Positions 22,697-35,200 of a stretch of DNA of 64,000 bases are shown here, piece by piece. Under the pieces are notes generated by a model. That model was not told where the DNA came from. It made no database searches and saw only the letters and a program-made list of their open reading frames with translations. Within the stretch, counting starts at the first letter, position 1. Each line of letters begins with the position of its first letter. The DNA comes from Schmidtea polychroa (Eukaryota): NCBI GenBank assembly GCA_044892525.1, contig CM097885.1, forward strand, positions 70,742,001 to 70,806,000, read 5' to 3'. A program made the translations under genes and the position numbers.

Positions 22697-24993
22697 CACT
22701 AGATTTACGGACGAAATTACATACCTATTTTTACTGAAACCCGTCATATTGACGGCTACATTAAAATGCTTGTATTGAGCAAAATTTATTGAAAAAAATA
22801 TATATTTTAAAAATCTGATTTAATATAAAAAACAAAGATGAATATATTCATAATTTATTTCATTTAATGGCAAAATATTTTTTTTTCAACATATTATTCA
22901 ACATATTTTTTGCATACATATATCATTTTTTGTGTGCATTTACCACAAACATATTTATTACATTTAATACAAATATTATTGGTTTTGTTTTTTTTTACAA
23001 TATCCGATTTGGCAGGATTTGCGTATATTAGACTTATTTTCTATTGACGATAATGGGTTAGAACCTTTTTGGTATTCACTTCGAATATTCCGCTGCAAGT
23101 TCATCAGCCAATTGAAAAAGAAATTTTTTTCTGGATATATTTTCCCCCGTGGTTTCCTTGTATAGCACCCAAGCATTAATTCCCGACAAATTTAAAATGT
23201 TGTAGAAGACTTGTAGAGGCCATCTACGAGACCCTGATTTTACGCTATATTTCCGTGCCATTTGGTCGACTACATCAACACCAAATTTGGTTTGGTTATA
23301 AAAAGAAACAGTTTCTGGCAAACGTTTATTATTATCTTCAATTTTTACAAATTTATGTTATGAGCTGAGTAGTAAAACCTTTTTTTGTGGTTTACTTTTA
23401 TATATCGTTAGAACACATGACCCAGATTTGTAAAGAAGTGTAGAGAAGCGTTTCATGTTATCTTTCTTATTTTTAGCTGATTTTGGCAATTCCCTTTTGT
23501 TAGCTCGTATAGTTCCAACCAAAGTTGTTCTTTTTGCAAATAATTTATTTGCAAGTGGAATGCTCGTAAAAAAATTATCTGTCGAAATATTTCTTCCACG
23601 TCCTAAATACGGTTCAGCAAGTTTGAGCACTATGAACTCGCTCAAAGGTACTGATCCCCGAGTTTCGTCTTTACCTAAGTACGGGAAGCCATTTAGCAGA
23701 TATTTACTATTTACGTCTGCCGCCAACCAAAATTTTGTACCAAATTTATCTGGTTTATTTGGCATATATTGCGTAAATCGACATCTAGCCTTTGTGGGGA
23801 ACAATTGTTCATCAATGGTAATGTTTTCGCCAGGCTTATAACAGGCTTGACAATTTTCAATAAATTTGTTCCATGTATAGGAAATTAACGCAAACTTATC
23901 AGTTTGTAAACGTTGACTTCGTTCAAATCGTTTGTCAAACCGTATGAATCGGAGAATTTCCATAAATTTGTCTCTGCTCATTGTCTGTGTGAAAAAACTC
24001 GGTCCCCATATCTTTGACCGTAAATATGAAGCCTTCAAAGATTTTGCTTCGTAAGCTCCACGTGCATATAAAATTGCTATGAAAGCGCGTAACTACGATT
24101 TTGATATTTTCCACTCTTTTTTCAAAATTCGAAATGCCTCTAATTCAATGCAAATTTTTATATGTTCCAACATACTTTCATCAATTATCAGTTCAAATGC
24201 GCTAGGTACATTACCTAGCATAATATTCCTTTTGGCGTAAGCCGTTGGTCCTCCTACATCTGTAAATTTATTGAAAAATTGTGGTCTGCCACTACTTACA
24301 CCTTTTTTTAGGGTTTTGCATATGGTCCCATCAACAGATATTTCATTTTCTATGTCTCGTTTTTGTGATTCACCAGGAATTTCAACTTCGCTGTCCGTTT
24401 CTGAAAGAATTCGCAATCTTTTTTTGCCGCGACATACATTAGAAATACTTTCTTCTTCAGTGTCTAAGAGTTCGATTTCATCAGAATCAGAATACTGTAC
24501 TTCATTCTCGCTTTCACATAGCTCAACCTCATTTCTATCAAAATTAGAATCGGAGCAGTTCTCATTTATACCGGTAATTTTTTGTAGTAATTCAGCAATC
24601 CTACGAGATTTCCTCATAATAGCCCTATTCAATTTAGGAAAACTAGATAATATATACATATTTATTATGAAAATATTTTGAACTTACCCTGAAAAATTAA
24701 ATCTATGCTCACAAAATTATTTATGAATGAATCCGTAATATTTGTTGTACAAATAAAAAATGTCGATTTATATTGAAATTAGTTAACCCGTCAAATTGAC
24801 GGATTTTCGGGAAAATAGGTATACCACATACCGATATTTGAAATTAAGATAGCCAACGAAAAATAAAATAGAATATATATTCATATCAATAAACCAATAA
24901 TTTACAACATAATAAAAAAAATCTTTCATTTTATTAATTTAATAGATATGAAATTTGAAACCCGTCAAATTGACGGGTTTCGTAAATCTAGTG
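22697..24993 (-). mobile_element. piggyBac DNA transposon (2,297 bp), defective
   Basis: TTAA TSD at 22693-22696 and 24994-24997; perfect 13-bp TIR CACTAGATTTACG; three subterminal CCCGTCA-N-TTGACGG palindromes (~22737, ~24786, ~24957). Confidence 0.95.
22894..24617 (-). pseudogene. piggyBac (PGBD4-like) transposase pseudogene
   Basis: Catalytic motifs ITIDEQLF, STDNFF and GVDVVDQM; C-terminal Cys-rich domain RKSCQIGYC...CIKCNKYVCGKC. In-frame stops at 24093 and 23358, frameshifts near 23085 and 22990. Confidence 0.92.
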
Positions 24994-24997
24994 TTAA

Positions 24998-26236
24998 GGT
25001 TCAAAATTTAAAATTAAAGTAAATTAAGGTTCTAAAAAATTAAATTAAAGTTAATTAAGGTCCAAATTTTTAAATTAAGTAATCAATGGTAAAAAAAATT
25101 TTAATTGAAGTTAAATAAGTAAATTAAAGTAATAATTTTTAAATAAGTAAATTAAAGTAAATTAAAGTAAGATTTTAAAATTTATTAACAAAAAGTTGAA
25201 ATAATAGAAGGTGTTTGAGAATTGAAATTTTTTAATGAAAATTTTTATGAAATAATTTTTTAAGTAATTTTAGATGGAAATTTTTATGAAATATTTTTTA
25301 AATGACAAATTTTAATAATAATTCAACAACAAACCAACAACTTAGTACCAACAACCAGTAAATTACGAACATGTATTTACAACCAGATACCTACAACTAG
25401 TTACTAACAACCTGATACCAACTACTCACGACCGTCAACAACCAGGTACTAAGCATCATCAACCAACTACTAAGTACCTACAACCTACAACTAGTTACTA
25501 ACAACCAGTTACCTGATACTAAGTACCTACAACCACCTAACAAGTACTAACAACCAAAAACAAGCAACCAACTAGCTACCAGATACCAAGTACTCACAAC
25601 CGTCAACAACCAGGTACTAAGCACTGTCAACTAGATACCAAGTACTTACAACCAGATGACCACATGAAATTATTGGTTAAATAAGTAAATTAATGTCTAA
25701 TTTTAAAATTAAGTAATCAATTATCTAAATATTAAAGTTAAAGTCAATTTCAGATGAAAGTTTTTCTGGGATTTTCAATGTTAATTTTAGATGCAAATCT
25801 TCATCAATTAATCAATGACCACATGAAATTATTGGTAAAATATGAAAATAAGGGTTATATTTAGTTGTTACGTAAATTATGGTATAAAATTAAGTAATAA
25901 AAAATAATTAGGTAAATTAAGGTTAAGTAAATTAAAGTTAAAAATTTTAAATAAGTAAATTAAGGTTCAAAATTTAAAATTAAGTAACCAATGGTTCAAA
26001 TTTTAAATTAAAGCTAAATAAGTAAATTAAAGTAATAATTTTTAAATAAGCAATGTAATAAGTAAATTAAACTAAGATTTTTAAATTTATTATCAAAAGA
26101 TTGAATAACCACCAACTTTTTTGAGAAATGTAATTTTTAATGAAAATTTAAATGGAATTTTTTTTAAGTTAATTTTAAATGTAAAATTTTTTAAGTTAAT
26201 TTTTAAAGTTAATTTCAATGAAATATTTTTCAAAGT
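24998..26236. repeat. Continuation of AT-rich satellite with an embedded degenerate AAC/ACC-rich tandem array (~25320-25660)
   Basis: Repeated aagtaaattaa and caaccag/tactaag motifs; the latter recur at ~26443-26550 and ~27030-27330. Confidence 0.7.
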
Positions 26237-26442
26237 NNNNNNNNNNNNNNNNNNNNNNNNNNNNNNNNNNNNNNNNNNNNNNNNNNNNNNNNNNNNNNNN
26301 NNNNNNNNNNNNNNNNNNNNNNNNNNNNNNNNNNNNNNNNNNNNNNNNNNNNNNNNNNNNNNNNNNNNNNNNNNNNNNNNNNNNNNNNNNNNNNNNNNNN
26401 NNNNNNNNNNNNNNNNNNNNNNNNNNNNNNNNNNNNNNNNNN
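26237..26442. other. N gap (206 nt); other gaps at 37750-37897, 46438-46612 and 60552-60726
   Basis: Runs of N seen directly; the ORFs spanning them are artefacts. Confidence 0.99.
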
Positions 26443-26900
26443 CCAACAACGATCATGTATTTACAACTAGGTGCTAAAAAATAAGTACCAAATACTTACA
26501 ACATGATACCATGAACTCACTAACACTCAAACAACCAAGTACTTATAACCAACTAAATCTTCTTCATTGTATTTTATGAAATGTTTTTTAAAATTAATTT
26601 TTTATCTATCTTCAAAAATATATTTTAATTACAATCAATAGAAAAACCTTTTCAAAATGTCTAAATTTAACAAAAATGTTGATTTTCATCAAAATTGAAT
26701 AATTGTCAACTCATCACCACGTGGAATTCAAAATAATTTAAATTACAATGAAAGACTAAGGAATTCTAATTTACAAAACATTCTTCTTTTAAATGATAAC
26801 TACTGACTTATTATTGCAAAGTAAAAATCACATTCAATAAATACTTATTGTTGATCAGTTTTATTATATATACTCTGAGTTTATCCGACAGGATGTTTTG

Positions 26901-27024
26901 ACTCTCTAAGGGTATTAGTTGTAGGGGTACTGGTCGTAAGGGTATTAGTCGTAAGGGTACTGGTCGTAAGGGTACTGGTCGTAAGAGTACTGGTCGTAAG
27001 GGTACTGGTCTTAAGGGTATTGGT
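26901..27024. repeat. 15-bp tandem repeat (aagggtactggtcgt)
   Basis: About 8 units; explains the spurious LRPVP-repeat ORF 26811-27029. Confidence 0.9.
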
Positions 27025-28284
27025 AACACTCAACCACAACCTACTCATTAACTAGCTACTAAGTACTAACAACCAGCTAACAACTAGATACCAAGTACTT
27101 ACAAGAAATATCAACCAGCTACTAAGTATTATCAACCTACAACTATATAACAACAATCAGTAAACAACACTGTACCAACTACCAAATATAAGATACCAAC
27201 AACTAGATACCAAGTAGCAACAATCAACTAACAACACATAAAAATAATAGCAATTAAATACAAAATATTCTTCATCACATACACTATCTTATCAAAATCT
27301 AAAAAGTCAACCAACTACTTACAACCTACAACTATGTACTAAAAAATTGATCTTTAAAAGAAAATACTTATCACTTGAAAAATTGGATGAAAAATTAATT
27401 GAACTCAAGGCATCAATAACTAGGTAAAAATTGATTAAATAATTGTTAAAATTTAAATTATTCAAAATATACCAAATAATTATTATAAAAATGTAATTAA
27501 TGGACAAGAAAGAATTCTAGTCATTAATCATCCAGCAAATAAAAAAAATAATACTGACCATTCAAGTTAATATGAATCAACTAAGATAATAAATTAATAA
27601 GATAAGATCTAGTAGATAATTGATTTAGATTGAATAAATTAATTGAAATAAAATTAATTTTAATTATTTTTTTAAAAGTAATACATATACTAAAATTGAT
27701 TGACTGATTGCTCAATATATTCAAAAAATCAGTATAAATTCATTACAATTATCAAAGTCATCAATCTACAATAAAAATAATTATCATTAAATTCCAAAAG
27801 ACACTAGATAACTAATGATAACATCTAACAAACCAGTAAATTCATTTAAATGACAATAATTGGTATATCCAAGTGAATTCTCCAATAAAAACATCTAAAA
27901 AGAATCATTTCCCCCTAAATATATCAATATTTAAAAATTGGTATTTTAATGATAAATAATTGTTAAAGATCATATATTCACCTCAAACTAATAAGATTCC
28001 TTAAAATCCCTTAAATGACTATATTTCAACCCTTAATTCATATTATTACAAATATCATCTAAAAAGCATCAAATTTCCTTGAAATAACTCTATCTTTAAA
28101 GATTGATATTTTAATGATAAGTACCCGTAAAAGATCATATATTCCCCTCAGATTAATAAGATTGCTTAAAATCCCTTTTAAATGACTATAATTCTAACTT
28201 TAATTCCTATTATCATACATATTTCACTATTGATAAAACCAGTTATAATTAGATTTTTGTTAATCACTGTACTCGATATTTTAA

Positions 28285-28573
28285 CACATTGACGGACAGT
28301 AGAAACAAGTGAAGTTCGAAAATAGACACCATATGTTTTTGTAATTTGTAAGTCGTGTTACAACCCTAACCCTAACCCTAACCCTAACCTCAACCTAAAA
28401 AAATGTTTCCAAAACATGACACTAGGCTTCTACTTGTACGCCGGTAAATGCACATTTGTCCTGCTATAGCCGCAGTGTCTAAAAACAACCGTTTCGTTTT
28501 TGACGGCTATTGCCGGCATGCCACATAGTGAACTTCGCCTTGAAGGCTATAGACGCAAGTGTCCGTCAACGTG
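28285..28573. mobile_element. piggyBac-type MITE (289 bp) containing (CCCTAA)4
   Basis: TTAA at 28281-28284 and 28574-28577; TIR CACATTGACGGACA / TGTCCGTCAACGTG (13/14 match); telomere-type repeat at 28364-28387. Confidence 0.8.
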
Positions 28574-30094
28574 TTAAATAAATATTACTACAATATAACT
28601 GACTAGGTCCCATTGAAAGATTAAATTTATCCATTCAATAAAATATATTTCTTCAAATGATCATTTTTACCAATATTCAACCGATTTAATTACTAATTAA
28701 AATCAATCGATAGATTTCTTTCAATGAAGATCAATTTTATTTAGTTGTTGTCGATGTTTTAAGTCCATATTTTTCAACTTTTGTCATTCTCCGTCTAAAT
28801 AAAGATAAAAATAAATTAAAGTTGATATCAATCCCAATTATCTGTAAAGTTTTCATTGTCAAAACCAAGTAAATCGATCATTATCCCTACTTAATAAAAC
28901 ATTGTTCTAAAACATAAATCTAAATTAATTTACTGTGCATTAATCACAACCTAATAAAACAATATAATTTCACATTATTATTGATTCATAACTGACTAAT
29001 GTATTGCAATTTCCCTTAAAACATTGATATTTTACCAACATCATCCTTAAAAAATCATATATTCCCATCTTAACCCATCCTTCATTAAATTCAATCGACT
29101 ATATCTCCCTTACAATGATATTTTCCCATCTTAATCGATCTCTAATTAAATATTTCTACCTCTTTAAACATCTAACCGAATATAACCTTCAATTCTACCC
29201 ACTTGAATCCTCCTTTAATTCAATTCAGTCTTAAAATCCTTAAAAAACTTCAAAAATATGACTTTTCATTAACTGTTATAGACACCAAATATTCTTCCAT
29301 TGAAATAATTTAGAAGCTAAATAATAATAGCCCACTAACCAATCAAAATCATGGAAAGGTAGGGAAAAAATATATTACGTTGCGGTATTTTAAAAGTTAA
29401 ATATATTTTAAAAAAACATTTTGACGCTAAAGTCGACTTATGTAACACACATAATAAACTGATTATTTCCTACAAATATTTCACCCATCAAATACCTAAC
29501 TAGAGATTATAAATATTGTTTGATCATAATTCTTCAGCTATTCAACCAATCATTTTCAAGCTCTATCAGCAAATTAAATTTCTGTATATCCAACAATAAT
29601 TATCAAGTAAATTTAAAGTCCCTGATAAAGTTAACTGGTTTCTTAGCTTATGTTTTTTAAAGATCATCAATGTGTAAATATTCTTAGAAAATTATTGAAA
29701 AAAATTATCTAGTCAAATATATTACAAAGTTATCATCAAAAATTTATTCTATCACTTAATTATTAACCTAATTGTCAATGAAATTAATTTTTATTTAAAA
29801 ACTATTCAATAAAATACAACTAATTATCAAGAAATTAATTAAATTTATCAATTAAATTTATCACCATTAACACTTTTAATCAGTCAACATGAAATTCTTA
29901 GAAAATTATTCAATATCCTCATCAAAGTTTATCCTACCACTTGATTATTGTACAAACTCTAATTATTAACCTATTTAAAAATAATTTTTATTTAAAATTA
30001 AAAATACATCCAATTATCAAGAAATTAATTAAATTTATCTTAGAACTAACTTTAAATTATTAAATTTTCATTCAATAAACATGAAATTTGCAAA

Positions 30095-30310
30095 AATGTT
30101 AGAAATCCACAAAAATAATAGAAATTTACAAAAATCAAAGAAATTCACAAAAATGATAAAAATTCATGAAAATGATAGATATTCACAAAAATTACTGATA
30201 TTCACAAAAAAATATGGAAATTCATGAAAATGATGGAAATCCACAAAAAACGATAAAAATTCACAAAAATGATAAACATTCATAAAAATGATAGTTCATA
30301 AAAATTATAG
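30095..30310. repeat. ~19-20 bp tandem repeat (aaattcacaaaaatgata-like)
   Basis: About 10 degenerate units seen directly. Confidence 0.8.
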
Positions 30311-31639
30311 AAATTTACTTGAATATTTACTAAAACCATCAACTCTAAAAATTATCAATGAATGCCTTAAACAAATTTGCCTTAATAATCATTCAAATAA
30401 AAGCATTAAATACTCTTGCGACCAGTACCCTTGCGACATGTTGAATGTGAGTAGTACCCTTGTTAGCAATACCCATAGGGGGACAGAATATTTTGTCGGA
30501 TAAACTCAGAGTATATATAATAAAACGAATTAACTCATTCAAACTTGTCATTGAATCAGTAAAATTATCATAAATTTTGATAAAGAAATCTTATTCTAAA
30601 GTGGTAAGCAATTGTAGGATAAAAATGAAAAGAGAATTATTTTTTCATAAACTTTGATAAAATTAACAATATTATTCTCAGGTGGTAAGAATCTTTATTA
30701 AAGTGAGAAATTATTCATTACTCGATGATAAATTAATAATTCAAATGGGTGAAAATAAGTGGTAGAATAATTCATTAATGAATTATGGGAGGTAAATGAA
30801 AATATATACTGAGAAGTGACATAGATAAGATTTAGGTGGATAAGAATGGAAATATATTAATCGCATTTATTTAAAATTATTTCATAAAATTCATAAATTT
30901 AATAAAAACATTTAGTATAGTTTTAAAAGAAATAAATGTGGTGGAAATATAAGTGAGGAGGATATATAATTTAAATTATTTTATTTTAAGGTTATTGTTT
31001 TCTATTGAAAATCCCAGAAAAAATATGAGTAGCCCCCTGCCGCAATGGCTTTTTTTCTATAGGCCCCTTTATTTGTATTGAAAAAATATGAGTAGCCCAC
31101 TCCCGAAATTACATAATCATAAAAGCAAAAATAACGAGTTGCCGCAAAACAAAAGTTGAAGAATATTTTTAAATTAATTGCCATCGGGAGTTTACTCTCC
31201 GGCAAGCTGCTCCCTATACTGACGGAACAAGTGTATCGGCAAAATCTTACACAACTCCATCTGTAACCGTCAATTATACCTTTGTTTTTTTGTAATCTTG
31301 ATTGTGGAAACGTTGGACATTTTTAGCATAGCTGTTCGATTTTGATAATGTTAATTTTTTTAATGTTAATTCTTTAGATTCAGAAATTTGAGCCAAAAAA
31401 CATCATTAAATATCATATTGGAAATTTCTTTATCGGAATAAATCTCATTAGAATCTATAATGTGTTTCTGTCTAATTTTAGACATTTATGAGTTAAAGAA
31501 AAGCAATTTGTTAAAACTTACTATTTTTTATAAAACACAATAATTTATTTAAACACAATAATTTATTTAAATATACTATTTTATTTAAGTCACACTATTT
31601 TATTTAAACCACACTATTTATAGCATTTACCTAATGTAT

Positions 31640-32235
31640 TTTTGCTTATAAATTGTAACACCTTTTTCATTGAAAATATCTGTTCTAACACGTAAATCAT
31701 CGGGATATTGTTGAGTAAAGTCGAAAAATAAATACTCATGGGTTATCTTTGTTGCATCTTGGAAGGATTCAATTAAATATTTAGGATAAGTTTATCTTGC
31801 GAGAAAATCAATTATAGTTGCGTCTCGAGGATTTTTGAAAATAACCAAATATTGTACATTGAAATTAGGCGTTCGATGACTTCCACCTTGATAAAATAAA
31901 CTTGTGTTATAAAAAATACCGTTACTCCGATATGTCTACTGGTTTTTGTAAATAAATTATTAAAATCTTTCTCTTTATTTGCTTCCTGATATAAATCATC
32001 AATAATTATAACATCACCTTGATGTAATCTAGATGACCAATTTTTATCGAATCCCATTATATTCATTTTTAATTTACAAAACTGATTTTATGTCATACCA
32101 TGCTCGTCATTGGCTCCCGTATGTCAGTATATTTTATTGAATTTTGATTTGAACATATTCGATTATAATAATTTACAAACAAAAAAAGGTTTTCCAATAC
32201 CACTAGAACCTACAATTTGATGAACGGCATAATTT
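31640..32235 (-). pseudogene. Maverick/Polinton packaging ATPase remnant, copy 2
   Basis: Walker A-like IVGSSGIGKPFF (~32185-32220); GDVIIIDDLYQEANKEKDFNNLFTKTSRHIGVTVFFITQ; after a frameshift, YLVIFKNPRDATIIDFLAR...FQDATKITHEYLFFDFTQ...LRVRTDIF. Confidence 0.8.
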
Positions 32236-35200
32236 CTTTTTTCCATTTCAATTAATCTAATTTCATTAATATTATTGTTTATATTTGTTTAAATTTATTA
32301 TTATAAGTATATAAAAATTATTTTAATTTTATTACATGACTTTGACCTCAACAATACTATATATCTTGGGATATTTGGCTTGGTTTATACTCCTCACTAC
32401 TCTAATAAAGTATAACTATTACTTAAGATATAAAAAAATTAAATATTACACAAGAGGTCAAATATTACATAGTGTGTGATAAAACCGATTATTATACAAT
32501 CTGCGTATCGTTACATCATAATGTATATAATTACGTACCTTTATAGAATGATGTAACATCGTACCCACCCAGGTAACCATACAAATATTGCGTAAAACTG
32601 TATATCGTGGGATATTCGGCTTGGTTTATATCCTCACTTGTCATTCTTAGGAATGTTAATGATGTCATTGAAAATACCGATGATTCATATAGTCAATATA
32701 ATTCAAAATATAATTTAACAAAATTTTGTTCAAATTAAAACATTCTTGTTATAATTTACGCTCTTGTCAGGATTTATTAAATGTAAATGTAGAAAAATAA
32801 TAATAAATAAATAAAATTAATTGAATAATTATTAAAAAATTCATTAAAAATTCTGTTTATAATTAAATTCTTGTTAAGATATATTAAATGTAAATGTAAA
32901 AAAAATAAATAAATAAAATTAATTGAATAATTAATTAAAAATTAATTACAAAAGTAAAAATAAATTAGTAATAATAATAGTTCATGGAATAAATAAAAAA
33001 TAAATAAAAATAATAATAATTTTAATAATAATTAAAATTTATTAGGACATAAACCAAAAAAATTAATTATTTGTGACGTTAATGAATAGGTATTTTTATA
33101 ATCAATTTGATTAAATTCTTGCATATAGATTTATTTTTTCTCGTTTAAATTCTGAGAATATAAATATTTTTACATTATTTTCTTCACAACATCTAACCTA
33201 AAATTTCTTGTCTTTCAGAATTAATTTTGAAATCGAAATTCCCATGTATGAGGTGATTTTTCAAACTTCCTAAATAATCGCCAGAATCTTCATTTTCCAC
33301 TTTGCTGTTTCGATAATTTTTTGAAATTCGTTTTTGCATTTTCAAAATATCCTTCCCGGATTATCAGCTATTTTAAAATTACCAAATAATTTTCACCTTT
33401 CTTTAAATAATCTCATTGATATTTTTTATCTTTTTTCTCCTGCTCCATCTGATTATTTTTTCTTTATAATGTGAGTAAGTGATTTGGATCTTTTCCATAG
33501 CAGATCTCAATAGAAAATGGGTCAGTGATAAAATTGTTGGGGGAGTGACAGATTGAAAGGTCTCCTGACCACACGAATTATAGACCTCCAAGCCACCCGG
33601 GATTGAATTTTACTACACAAGATCTACCAATAATAATTTTAATAACTTGTAGTGCCCCTATAAATTTTAATTAAAATCAATGGAAATTTTTAATCATTAA
33701 CTTATAATAAAATAAAGACCGTTGAGACATAGGAAAATCTAAGAAAAATGAAAGCATAATTTTCTAAATGAAAAAATCTTTCTACATACAATTATTGATT
33801 GCCATTTTACTCTACGAATATAGTCTAACAAATCAATTTAATAGAGTTCTTACATAACATTTCTTGAATGCATAATTTGGATGAAAAAATGGACATACGC
33901 TAACGCATTGTATTTCCAGAACAAATAAGATTAGAGTAAAACGTGAGAGTCAAAATCTTTTGTTCAATACAACATCTTATATACCTAAGTTTTCGTGAAT
34001 CATACTTTGAATTTTTTGTTTTTCCTACTGTTTGTTATCGTGTTAGATGAACATAACAAAATCAATGCTAGTTTTTGACCTAACTATAGAAACAAACAGA
34101 ATTATCTGTTTATCAAATTTTAATGTTACATGGAACAAAAAATTATATAGAAATAGGAAAGTGGTATAATTTAATAAAAACAAAGATTTTATTATTTGGA
34201 AAAGTGACAGATTAAAATTAAGAATTCAATGCCAAATTTTTTAAAATGAGTTGAGAAAATAAAGAGAAAACAGAAATTATGAAGACGAATTTTTTAATGG
34301 TTACTATGAATAACAAAATGTTTATTTACCTTTATAATTTACAAATTTGAAAAAAACTTTTAACGATAAAACATAACCTAAAACCATTATTTAATAAATA
34401 TTCACCATTTTGTCCAAAATGGATAAATAAAATAAAAATATGTGGTTTATAATATAAAACATATAATTTAGGTAAAAAATTATTAACACTTACTTTAAAT
34501 TGCAAAAAAATCAAAGTAAAATCAAATTCATAAATTGAATAAAAATAACAGATAACAAATTATGAGTCATCTATAGATTTGTACATTAATCTGTATTATA
34601 GATATTTTTATTCCGTGTAAACGGATGTAAAGTCATCTAGAGTTGATTTCGATTTGAGGGTTTACCAATTTGTTCTAGCGCATCAGAAAAATATACATTC
34701 AACAGCATTAAGTCGATTTAAAATCCACGATAATACATCTAGTAAACTAGTAAAGACCACAACACCTCAATCATAAATTAAAGTATGTAATTAAAAAATT
34801 GTAGCGATAGATAATTTACTACAATATAGTTAAGAATGAAAAATAAAGTAATTTAAAATCTTGCTTACTGAAATCAATACCTTGTCCAATTTCAGTGTGG
34901 TAGGGTCAGGTATGGTGGTCGCGGGTTGTCACTTGAATTTTTCCACCGGAATTCAATTTTTGGTCATTCTGGGGTGAATGCACTGAATTCCTTGTGGTTT
35001 CTCATGATTTCGGTCTTTATTGTGTTGGGCTAGAACTGATTTCTAGACCCAAAGTTGGAAATGGGACGAAATGTGTCAGTACACAACACGCATACCCAGC
35101 ATTAAGTTTACTTAAATAAAAATATATAAAACACCAAGTAAACAATGATAATAGAGAGATAATATACCCAAAAATAAAACATCTGAATTAAAAATAAAAT

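Noticed and set aside
23455-24681. Plus-strand ORFs antisense to the piggyBac transposase, and many minus-strand ORFs antisense to the LTR polyproteins
   Set aside because: Shadow ORFs of the real coding strand with no independent motifs.
26093-26484. ORFs spanning N runs (also 37681-37968, 46364-46675, 60478-60789)
   Set aside because: Artefacts of translating through gaps.
33180-34790. Coding-like decayed fragments on both strands
   Set aside because: Many stops and no recognisable motif; cannot assign a product.
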